This document shows positions 18,025 to 26,500 of a stretch of DNA of 61,382 nt, piece by piece. Below the pieces are notes generated by a model. The model did not search any database and had not been told where the DNA came from. It saw only the letters and a program-made list of their open reading frames with translations. Location: positions 1-61,382 of the forward strand of contig JAITQC010000152.1 in assembly GCA_031289115.1 (NCBI GenBank), in the 5' to 3' direction. The DNA comes from Planctomycetota bacterium (GTDB taxonomy: Bacteria; Planctomycetota; SZUA-567). Both the position numbers and the translations under genes were made by a program. Position 1 is the stretch's first letter. The number at the start of each line of letters is the position of its first letter.

Positions 18025-18339
18025 ATGAGTGACCTGGAAAAGGAAATCGAAGCTTGTCTTCAGACTAGTGAGAAAGTGCTACGGGAGTCGGAGCGGCTGA
18101 AACTGGATTTTGAACGCGGCAGAGCTAGTCTGGAGGAAGTGAAAAAGGCGAACAACCTGACCGAAGAGAAGCAGCAACGCTTTTTCGCCAGCCTCTCCCC
18201 GGAAGACCAGCGCCGGGTGGCGGAGGAGGAGGAGCTTTTCTCCCAACAACTCCGGCACGATATGGATTTGGCGGTGCAAAATGCCGGGCTCGCCACTGTC
18301 CCAGACGCGAAACGGCGAGGCAAGCGCGACTACCTCTAA
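18025..18339 (+). CDS. Small charged coiled-coil protein of unknown function
   Basis: 104 aa, Glu/Lys/Arg-rich, no TM. Same strand, 53 nt after sctV. No family recognised. Confidence 0.4.
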   Translation: MSDLEKEIEACLQTSEKVLRESERLKLDFERGRASLEEVKKANNLTEEKQQRFFASLSPEDQRRVAEEEELFSQQLRHDMDLAVQNAGLATVPDAKRRGKRDYL

Positions 18340-18468
18340 CCCGGGCGGGGACAATTGCCGCGGCGTAACAACTCCGGAGGCAGTAACTGGGATTCGACGG
18401 GTGGCCGGGTATTAGGCCAGTGCCTTTATTTCCACCCGGCATAAAAGAATAGAAACGAAGCATCGCTT

Positions 18469-19290
18469 ATGCGTTTTCTGGTTTTGTCCCGCGCCGACAT
18501 CATTGTTGTGGTTATGCTTAACCGGCTTTTGCCAGTGCTTGCCCGTCAGCACACGGTGCGGGTCTACCTGTCTGACCGCACTTTTCCGGGAGAGCGGGGC
18601 AGTCCTCCGGCCGACCTCTTCATGCGTAACACCCGGGATATCTGGCTGGATTCGCTTTTTCCCGCCCTTGACCAGCGCCAAACCCGGCCGTTTCCGGCTG
18701 GCGGCAAGGGCCTAATGACTTTCCAGGGGCTTTCCCGCGCTTATGACGTTCCTATGGAGCCACTGGGGGGGGAGGTAACCCCGGCCCAGAACCTGACCCG
18801 TAACGCCGTCAGGGAGTGGCGACCCGACGTCATACTCTCCTGCCGCCATGATTTTATTGTTCCGCATGATGTCTGGTGCCGCGCCCTGGGTGGAGCCTAC
18901 AACACCCACCTAGGTAACCTCCCCGACTACCGCGGACCATCCTGCCTCTTCTGGACCATGTACAACCGCGAGGTGGAAAGCGCCTGCACCTTGCATTGGC
19001 TGGCTGACTTGGTTGACCGGGGGCCGGTGGTGGCCCGTAGCGTCTTTCGTCTGGACTATGGCGAGTCTTTGCTGCATAACATGATAACCGGTTATATGGC
19101 GGGGATTGAAACCTTGCTTAGTCTCCTGCCTCGGCTATCAGCTGGACCCCTCCCAGGCCAACCGCAATCCCCGGGGGTTGGGCGCTACTATCCCCCCCCC
19201 GACCCCGAGACCTACGCCGCTTTCGCCGCCCGGGGAGGAAAGGTGACGGAAGAGCAGGACGTTGAGGACCTCCAGCGCCGCTTCTTCTGA
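18469..19290 (+). CDS. Formyltransferase-family protein (Fmt/ArnA N-domain-like)
   Basis: The motif NTHLGNLPDYRGPSCLFWTMYN resembles the H-x-S-L-LP-x-YRG core of formyl transferases. 273 aa. Confidence 0.5.
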   Translation: MRFLVLSRADIIVVVMLNRLLPVLARQHTVRVYLSDRTFPGERGSPPADLFMRNTRDIWLDSLFPALDQRQTRPFPAGGKGLMTFQGLSRAYDVPMEPLGGEVTPAQNLTRNAVREWRPDVILSCRHDFIVPHDVWCRALGGAYNTHLGNLPDYRGPSCLFWTMYNREVESACTLHWLADLVDRGPVVARSVFRLDYGESLLHNMITGYMAGIETLLSLLPRLSAGPLPGQPQSPGVGRYYPPPDPETYAAFAARGGKVTEEQDVEDLQRRFF

Positions 19291-19400
19291 AAGCCCGGCG
19301 TTTCCCTGGGTAACGGGAGAAACGGCTTTAGGGTTTCTTGCCAGCCACGGGAAGGCGTTTTTCCGACCATTGGCGGTTAAACCGGGGTGAAAACACAACC

Positions 19401-21368
19401 ATGTCGATCAAAGTCAAGTTTACCCTCACCCTGGTCATCCCTCTCGCCTTGCTCGCCCTAGGCACCAGCTTTTTCGCCTTTTTCAATGTCAGCGACGCCA
19501 TGTCAGAGCAGCTGATTGGCAACAGCAACAACTCTATCCGCCTGTCAGTCGACATTGCCAAATCGATGTACAGTAACCTTCTTGAACTCAAAGTGTCCTC
19601 GGCCCTACAGGTGCACGACACCTTGAGTCTTTACGAAAAAATAATCAATAACCTGGGCACAAACGGCGATGGCCTCTTGGACATGGTGGGGAAACTGCCG
19701 ATACCGGTGGGACTCACCATCTGGGCGCTGGGGGAAAATTTTTCCCCCCGAATAATAAACGGCGCCATGCCGGCGGAGCACAACCCCTATTTCCGGTTGG
19801 ACAACCGGGGGCGGCCGGTGCGGGAGGAAATGCTTCGTTTAGCCACCAATGGGGAGACCGCCGCCGCCATGGTGGGTTTTACTGGCGGGGAAGGGAGGCA
19901 GAGGTCTTATTTTGGCAAGCATTTTTACCTCCCGGATTTACAGGTCATACTGGGTTTGTGGGTCGACATCGAGCCTCTGGAAGCGCATCAACGCGAGAAT
20001 TTGGCTAACGCCATAAAGTCGCTACAGGACCTTTTCCGCTCCCTAAAAATCGGTCAGTCCGGTTTTCTCTTCATCACCGACGCCAACGGGAAATTGGTGG
20101 TCGGTCCGGATTCGCCGGAAACGTCCCAAATCATGTTCGGCCCTAACCAGCTTACCAGCCGCCCGCTTTTCGAAGACATCGTTAGCGCCAGTCGCCTGGA
20201 CCAGCAACGGCGGGTTGTTCTCCAGGGAAAAGACGCTTCCCGCCAGGCCTTCATTTACGCGGATTTTATCCCGTCCCTTAAATGGTATGTGGGTGGTGTT
20301 ACCTTTATCGACGAGATCAACCGGCCGGGGCAACGCCTGGCAATTTCCCTGGTGGCCGCGGTTCTGGCAGTCACCCTGGTTTTGGGGGTAGCGGCTTTTT
20401 TCCTGGTGGGACGGGTCACCTCGCCCCTGGGTAAACTGACCCGCTACGCCCGGCAGTTGCCGTCGATGGATTTTATCCGGGAAGACCGGGATCCCCTGCC
20501 TATTCGTGAACTCGCCGCCGGCGGGGGAAGTGACGAGGTGGGTGAACTGTCCCGGGCCTTCCTTTTCATGGACCAGGCTCTGCGGGAGCGGGTGCGCGAG
20601 TTACTCGCCAGCACTAGCCTGCGGGAGCGCCTGGCGGGCGAGTTGGACGCGGCGGCCAAGATACAGTCGGGTTTTCTCCCGAAACCGTTGTCCAAGGAGG
20701 AAACCCGCGGCCGTTTCGCCCTTTCGGGGTTCCTGGTTCCAGCCCGGGAAGTCGGCGGCGACATCTTCGATTATTTTCTTCTCGATGAAGACCGGATTTG
20801 CCTGGTCATCGGCGATGTGGCGGGCAAGGGGGTGCCGGCGGCGCTCTTTATGAACGTGGCCATGGTGAGTGTTCGTTCGGCAGCCATGCAGGCCAAGGGT
20901 CCGGAGGAGGTGATGACCCAGGTCAACCACCATCTCGCCCAAAGCAATCCTAATGACATGTTTATCACCCTTTTCATCGCTTTTCTTGATTTGGCCAGTG
21001 GCGAAATAACCTATGCCAACGGTGGCCACAACCCCCCCCTGGTCCGCTCCCCAGACGGTGGATTGGCAGAGCTCGACCAGCTTTCCGGACCGGTGGTCGG
21101 GGCTTTCGACGGGGTAGAATTTGTCCGTTACCAGGCCAAGTTGACAGCTGGCGACGTCATCCTTCTCTATACCGACGGGGTGAGCGAGGCGATGAATGCC
21201 AAGGGTGAGCTTTTTGGCGAAGACCGTTTGCGCTACGCTTTCGCCAGCTCCCGGGCGGTTGGTCCAGCCGAGTATATCGAGGAGATACGGGAAACGGTGG
21301 AGCGGCACGTGGCGGGAGCCGAGGCTTCCGACGACTTCACCGTCCTTTGCCTCGCTTACGGCGTTTGA
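19401..21368 (+). CDS. Membrane sensor serine phosphatase: periplasmic Cache-like domain, TM, HAMP, then PP2C/SpoIIE (RsbU-like) domain
   Basis: Signal/TM KVKFTLTLVIPLALLALGTSFFAFF, a ~300-aa extracytoplasmic region, and a second TM LAISLVAAVLAVTLVLGVAAFFLV followed by HAMP. PP2C motifs GGDIFDY, VIGDVAGKGVPAALFM, LYTDGVSEA and DDFTVL. ATG 19401 is preferred over the listed 19338. Confidence 0.85.
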   Translation: MSIKVKFTLTLVIPLALLALGTSFFAFFNVSDAMSEQLIGNSNNSIRLSVDIAKSMYSNLLELKVSSALQVHDTLSLYEKIINNLGTNGDGLLDMVGKLPIPVGLTIWALGENFSPRIINGAMPAEHNPYFRLDNRGRPVREEMLRLATNGETAAAMVGFTGGEGRQRSYFGKHFYLPDLQVILGLWVDIEPLEAHQRENLANAIKSLQDLFRSLKIGQSGFLFITDANGKLVVGPDSPETSQIMFGPNQLTSRPLFEDIVSASRLDQQRRVVLQGKDASRQAFIYADFIPSLKWYVGGVTFIDEINRPGQRLAISLVAAVLAVTLVLGVAAFFLVGRVTSPLGKLTRYARQLPSMDFIREDRDPLPIRELAAGGGSDEVGELSRAFLFMDQALRERVRELLASTSLRERLAGELDAAAKIQSGFLPKPLSKEETRGRFALSGFLVPAREVGGDIFDYFLLDEDRICLVIGDVAGKGVPAALFMNVAMVSVRSAAMQAKGPEEVMTQVNHHLAQSNPNDMFITLFIAFLDLASGEITYANGGHNPPLVRSPDGGLAELDQLSGPVVGAFDGVEFVRYQAKLTAGDVILLYTDGVSEAMNAKGELFGEDRLRYAFASSRAVGPAEYIEEIRETVERHVAGAEASDDFTVLCLAYGV

Positions 21369-21589
21369 GGCGTCGCCAGGCCTTTTTACTGGCTTCCGGT
21401 TCTCCCCGCCAGTTTGTCCCGCTGGGTTGACTAGCGGGGGGTGAGAGACCCGCCGGGGACGGCGGGTTAACCTTACTGGTACCGACGATCTTACCTTTTT
21501 CCCAGCCAGTCGGGCAGACGGTTATCTGGACGTAAAGGACGGTTCTTCGCCCTGACCGGCAACTCCGGGAGGACGATTCCTTTTTAAGG

Positions 21590-21618
21590 TTGAAGGCTAT
21601 GGGTTTATCCGGTAGAAT
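21590..21618 (+). promoter_or_regulatory. Putative sigma70 promoter TTGAAG-N17-TAGAAT upstream of the PpiD-like gene
   Basis: TTGAAG at 21590-21595 and TAGAAT at 21613-21618, with a 17-nt spacer. About 80 nt upstream of start codon 21701. Confidence 0.45.
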
Positions 21619-21700
21619 GCTAAACTTTGGGGTAGGTGTCAAGACAGGGTGGCAATGTGCCTTGGTAAGGTTAATGCCTTTAAAATAAAGGGATAATAAC

Positions 21701-23524
21701 GTGTCGATGGAACTTTTCCGCCGGAAACAGAAATTGGTGTTCTGGATTGTAACCATTATCATTGTGCCCTCTTTTGTTTTGGTCTGGGGTTATTCGGGAA
21801 GAGGATCTGCCGAATCCGGGGGTGATCCGGAACTCGCCAGGGTGAATGGCGTCAGCCTTTCGCTAAGCGAATTCCAGCGTTTTCGCCAGCGCCTGACCGC
21901 CGCTATCGGGGAAATACCTTACCAGGTGTCTGGTGCTCCCGAAAACGAGGTGATCCCGGGATTGTGGAGCTATCTCTGGTCCTGGTATATAATTTCCGAG
22001 GCGGAAAAGGCGGAGGTTGGCGCTGCTGACAATTTGGTCGGCACCTATCTGCGAAACACCCATTCAACCGTGGCGGCTCGCTACCGGCAGGATCCCAGCA
22101 GTCTGGAAGCGGCGGTGGAAGCGGCGTGTCTGCGTAACCAAGTCACCCGGGCCGAGTTTATGCGGGGGGTCAAGGAGTGGCTAACCCTGGTGAACTATGT
22201 GGAATTGGATAGCGGTATAATCACTGGCGACCTTGGCTCTGCCTATCTTCTTTACGCCCTGGACCGGGCCGAATTCGACCTGAAGCGTCTAAGGGTAGTC
22301 CCGGATGACGCTACCCGCGAGGCGGCGAAACAGCTGGTGATGGCGAAACCCGAGTCTGAACTCCAGACGGAAGTACGGGCGCGTATCGAAGCTAGCGCCA
22401 GTGACCCGCGGTACCGGCAGGAAGCCAAATGGCGCCTTGCCTATGTCCTGCTCCCCATGATGGAGACAGTCCAGTACACGCCTGACGCCACGGAAATCGA
22501 GGCCAGGTACAACACTGACCGCGATACTATTTACAGCGGCAAAAGCCTGGAAGAGGTTAGGGACGCGGTGGCCGCTAGTCTGGTGCAACAGGAGCGCGAG
22601 CGCTTGACTCTGCGTAACCTCACGGTCGACGTGGATGTTGAGCTACGGCAGTATGGTAACGAGCCGATGGAAAAGCTTCCCTTCCTCACCAAACTTTTGG
22701 AGTACAACGCCAAGGCGGGTGACACTGGCCCGGAACCCCTGACTTCCCGCGAAATCGCGGAAAAAAGTCCGCTCGCCCCGGTCCCGGTTCTCACCGGCCT
22801 GCTTGATATGCTGGACCGTCTTGATCCGGAGTTCCGGGATCGCGAAATCGCCGACTGGAAAGCGGGCTTTATGTTTACCCAGTCTCCCCTGCGGACCGAG
22901 GCGGGTTTCATTCGCCTGAAGCTTTTAGACTACCAGCCGTCCGAACCTAAGCCAGTAGACACCCCGGACGGGACAATAGACCCCAGCCTTTACGAGGCCG
23001 GGCTTACCGACCTGGTGGCGGAACAGGTTGATGTTTTGCTCCGGGAACGGGTTGAGCGTATCCAGCAGGAACTGGCTGAACTTTTGGAAGCCCGCCGTAG
23101 CGACCAGGAGTTTACTGGCGAAGTGGCCAGCCTGTTTGACGCCCTGCCGGTGGAGAGTCTTAATTATCGCGACATCACCGGATCCAACGAAGATTACCAA
23201 AACGCCCGCCTGGGAGTTTACGAGTTTCGCGGTCCCCTGGAGATTCCTGCCGCCAATGGCGGTGGTTGGGAGCTGGTGGTTCTTACCGAGCGGCGCCTGC
23301 CAAATCCGACCGTGTTCCAGGCTGAGGCGATTTCGCTTAGAAACGACTACCTCAATCGTATCCGGGTGGCGGGAATGGGCCGGGTGGGTTATTCCTTCTC
23401 CGGCCAGAGCCTGGTGCAGATGCTCCAGCCCAGTGAAGAGATGTATGAGTCTTTTTGGAACCGGATTGCCAACCAGGACATTGTTCTCAACCGGGAATTC
23501 ATCGTTCCGGGCGGCGAGTCCTGA
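21701..23524 (+). CDS. PpiD/SurA-N-like periplasmic chaperone (membrane-anchored)
   Basis: N-terminus MELFRRKQKLVFWIVTIIIVPSFVLVWG matches the PpiD-type anchor. Long helical periplasmic region. I could not see a clear parvulin motif. Confidence 0.5.
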   Translation: MSMELFRRKQKLVFWIVTIIIVPSFVLVWGYSGRGSAESGGDPELARVNGVSLSLSEFQRFRQRLTAAIGEIPYQVSGAPENEVIPGLWSYLWSWYIISEAEKAEVGAADNLVGTYLRNTHSTVAARYRQDPSSLEAAVEAACLRNQVTRAEFMRGVKEWLTLVNYVELDSGIITGDLGSAYLLYALDRAEFDLKRLRVVPDDATREAAKQLVMAKPESELQTEVRARIEASASDPRYRQEAKWRLAYVLLPMMETVQYTPDATEIEARYNTDRDTIYSGKSLEEVRDAVAASLVQQERERLTLRNLTVDVDVELRQYGNEPMEKLPFLTKLLEYNAKAGDTGPEPLTSREIAEKSPLAPVPVLTGLLDMLDRLDPEFRDREIADWKAGFMFTQSPLRTEAGFIRLKLLDYQPSEPKPVDTPDGTIDPSLYEAGLTDLVAEQVDVLLRERVERIQQELAELLEARRSDQEFTGEVASLFDALPVESLNYRDITGSNEDYQNARLGVYEFRGPLEIPAANGGGWELVVLTERRLPNPTVFQAEAISLRNDYLNRIRVAGMGRVGYSFSGQSLVQMLQPSEEMYESFWNRIANQDIVLNREFIVPGGES

Positions 23525-23690
23525 GCCTGGGTATTCCCGTTGTTAAGCTGGCGCTAAGGTATTATCCTTGACTGCCAGGTTAAGGGCGGTGAGGGAAAAT
23601 GACCAAGTGTCTGGGTGTTCACCCGGACAGTGTTTTGCGGGTGTCCACATCCCCTTTTCTTCCCGGGGGAGTGACAAGTAGGAGAACGAA

Positions 23691-24626
23691 ATGGCGGCTG
23701 AGCTTGAACGGGTGTTTTTGTTGCCGGGAGAATTCCATGTTACCCGCGTGAACTGCAGCATGGCGACTTTATTGGGTAGCTGTGTGGCGGTCTGTTTAAA
23801 AAGCGAAAGTAAACCCTATGCCGCCATGAACCATTTCCTTCTCGCCCACAATCCCGGTGGCGTGGAGGGAGAAAAGGGGCGCTTTGGCGATTCCTCCATT
23901 GAGACCATAGTTGGTCTTATGTCGCGCCTGGACAAGGATGGCAAGATGACGGCCCAGATTTTTGGGGGTGGAGCGGTGGTGGGACACCTCGGGGCTGGTT
24001 CCGACATTGGCAAGAAGAATATCGAGATCGCCCGCACCCTCTTGAAGCGTAAGGGCATACCCATCACCAACGAGGAGGTCGGGGGCACCCAGGGGCGGCG
24101 GATATACTTCGACACCAAGACCAACAAGGTGGTGGTGAAGGTGATAACCAAGACCGAGGAAGGGGCGCGGCTAGAGGAGAAAAGGCGGGATATCGCTAGC
24201 CGGAAAACCCGTGTCCTGGTGGTTGACGATTCTCCCCTGGTCAGGAAAATCCTGGTCCAGGCCATCTCCGGCACTAATGACATGGAAGTGGTGGGGGAGG
24301 CCGGGGACGCCTTCGAGGCGCGTGACAAAATCCTCGAGCTTAACCCCGACGTTATTAGCCTTGATATTATCATGCCCAAACTTGACGGCTTGAAGTTCCT
24401 GAAAACCTTGTCCCAGCACTATCCTAAACCGGTGGTGATCTGCTCCACCATCGCCAAGGACCAGTCGCAGGTGGCGGCCAAGGCCAAGGAGTACGGAGCG
24501 GTGGATGTCATTGACAAGGACACCCTGCACCTTTACCAGGGCCTGCAGGTGGTACAGGCTGCCTATATCCCCAAGATCCGCCAGGCGGCGGGCAAGGTGG
24601 TGCGTAAAATAATGTTTAGCGACTGA
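23691..24626 (+). CDS. cheD: CheD (chemoreceptor glutamine deamidase) fused to a CheB/CheY-type receiver domain
   Basis: N-terminal CheD motifs (ATLLGSCVAVCL, AMNHFLL, IFGGGAV, IGKKNIEIARTLLKRKGIPI, VGGTQGRRIYFDTKTNKV). C-terminal REC domain (RVLVVDDSPLVRKIL...VVGEAGDAFEARDKILELNPDVISLDIIMPKLDGLKFLK...PVVICS). Confidence 0.85.
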   Translation: MAAELERVFLLPGEFHVTRVNCSMATLLGSCVAVCLKSESKPYAAMNHFLLAHNPGGVEGEKGRFGDSSIETIVGLMSRLDKDGKMTAQIFGGGAVVGHLGAGSDIGKKNIEIARTLLKRKGIPITNEEVGGTQGRRIYFDTKTNKVVVKVITKTEEGARLEEKRRDIASRKTRVLVVDDSPLVRKILVQAISGTNDMEVVGEAGDAFEARDKILELNPDVISLDIIMPKLDGLKFLKTLSQHYPKPVVICSTIAKDQSQVAAKAKEYGAVDVIDKDTLHLYQGLQVVQAAYIPKIRQAAGKVVRKIMFSD

Positions 24627-24662
24627 GAATGGATCAGTTCTATTTTGGCTAACGAAACCGCG

Positions 24663-24693
24663 AAAAACCCACTTTTTAAGAAGTGGGTTTTTT
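24663..24693. terminator. Bidirectional rho-independent terminator between convergent cheD-REC and purB
   Basis: Perfect 12-bp stem AAAAACCCACTT / AAGTGGGTTTTT with a 6-nt loop. A-run on the left and T-run on the right. Confidence 0.7.
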
Positions 24694-24984
24694 GTGCGCT
24701 TCACCACCCGGGATTCTGTTTTCTTAATAATAAGGCCTAGTGGTGGTCAATTCTCTGGCCGCTTTCCTCCCGCTTTAACCCCCAGCGCCAGGCGTTACAA
24801 AAAACCACCTATCGATCCGACCCTTTTTTTACCTCTGGCGTAAGCGTGTTCTTAAGCCGGGACAAAGGCCTTACTCGCGTCCGTTTTCGCATAATATCCC
24901 TAGTAATGGCGGGGATCCGGCTGGGCGGCGGGGCGCGGCTTTACCCCTGCCGCTGCCGCCACCGGAGTGTGGGGAAGCGGCGCC

Positions 24985-26430
24985 CTACACTTTCACCGCG
25001 TCACCGATGCTCCCTTTAGCGCCATAGCGCCGGCGCAGAGGCGCCACCTCCTGGCGGATAAACTGCTTGACCTGTTGCGGCGCTCGGCCGATGTAGCGGC
25101 GAGGGTCAAGTATCTGGTCAAGTTCCCCTTGCACCCTGGCGAAGGCGGGGTCAGCGGCGATACGGGCCACCAGGTCGTTCGGGCGGCCCAGGGTTTTTAC
25201 CTCCCGGGCGGCGGCTTGGGAGTGGATACGGATCCGTTCATGTAGTTTCTGCCGGTCTCCCCCCGCCTTTACCGCTGCCATCAGGATGTCTTCGGTAGCT
25301 AGGAAGGGGAGTTCGGCCTGGAGATTCTTCTCGATGATCCGGGGATAGACCACCAGGCCGCTAGTGACGTTGTGGACAAGTTCGAGAATGGCGTCGGCGG
25401 CCAAGAAGGCCTGAGGGAGGGTGAGGCGGCGGTTGGCGGAGTCGTCCAGGGTGCGTTCCAGCCACTGGCCAGACTGGGTGGCGAGGCCATTAAGGGGAAG
25501 GATAGTCAGGAAGCGCGCCAGCGAGCATATCCGTTCCGAACGCATGGGGTTTCTCTTATAAGCCATGGCGGAGGAGCCAACCTGCTTTTTCTCAAAGGGC
25601 TCTTCGATTTCCTTGCGGTGGGCGAGCAGGCGTAGGTCAGTGGCGAACTTGGCGGCGCTTTCCCCGATGCCGGCGAGGCCGGCCAGGATCTGGGAATCAA
25701 GTTTCCGGGTGTAGGTTTGTCCCGTCACCGCCAGGTGGTGGCGAAAGCCCATTTTTTGGCAGACCAACCGGTTCAACTGCTCGCATTTCCGGTGGTCGCC
25801 GGCGAAGAGGGCGAGGAAGCTCGCCTGGGTGCCGGTGGTTCCCACCGCTCCCCGGAGAGGCAGGTGGTCGGCGAGGCGCTCGATTTCCCGGAGGTCGAGA
25901 AGGAAATCCTGGGCCCAGAGGGTGGCGCGTTTCCCCACTGTGGTAGGCTGGGCGGGCTGGAAGTGGGTGAAACCGAGGGTGGGGTGTTCGCGCTCCCGCT
26001 CGGCGAAATCCGCCAGGGCGAAAAGGCAGGCGGCTAGCTTGCCGGCCAGGAGGTGGAGCGCCTCGCGGAAAAGGCAAAGGTCAGCGTTGTCAGTCACGAA
26101 ACAGCTGGTGGCGCCGAGGTGGATGATTGGGGCCGCCTTCTTGGCCACCTGGCCGTAGGCGTGGATGTGGGCCATGACGTCGTGCCGGATTTCGCGCTCG
26201 AATTTTTCCGCCAGGGGAAAGTCAATGTCGGTCAAGTGGGCTTTAAGGTCAGCCACCTGGGCTGAACTCACCGGCAGGCCAAGTTCGTGCTCGCCTTCGG
26301 CCAGGGCCAACCACAGGCGCCGCCAGGTCTCGATCCGCCGGCGAGGAGAAAACAGGGCAGCCATTTCCCGCGAGGCGTAGCGGCTTACCAGCGGGTTGTC
26401 ATAAGTGGCGTAAGGGTCGTTTTTGGGCAT
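24985..26430 (-). CDS. purB: Adenylosuccinate lyase PurB
   Basis: MPKNDPYATYDNPLVSRYAS-EM..., GATSCFVTDN, and SSAMAYKRNPMRSERI (fumarate-lyase signature). ATG 26430 is preferred, because the longer listed ORF runs into rnc. Confidence 0.93.
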   Translation of the reverse strand: MPKNDPYATYDNPLVSRYASREMAALFSPRRRIETWRRLWLALAEGEHELGLPVSSAQVADLKAHLTDIDFPLAEKFEREIRHDVMAHIHAYGQVAKKAAPIIHLGATSCFVTDNADLCLFREALHLLAGKLAACLFALADFAEREREHPTLGFTHFQPAQPTTVGKRATLWAQDFLLDLREIERLADHLPLRGAVGTTGTQASFLALFAGDHRKCEQLNRLVCQKMGFRHHLAVTGQTYTRKLDSQILAGLAGIGESAAKFATDLRLLAHRKEIEEPFEKKQVGSSAMAYKRNPMRSERICSLARFLTILPLNGLATQSGQWLERTLDDSANRRLTLPQAFLAADAILELVHNVTSGLVVYPRIIEKNLQAELPFLATEDILMAAVKAGGDRQKLHERIRIHSQAAAREVKTLGRPNDLVARIAADPAFARVQGELDQILDPRRYIGRAPQQVKQFIRQEVAPLRRRYGAKGSIGDAVKV

Positions 26431-26500
26431 GCTATGGGGTTCCTTCCTGGCGCGGAGGGCCTGGGGTGGCGGTGACGGGTGGGCGTGTCCTCGAGGCCTA

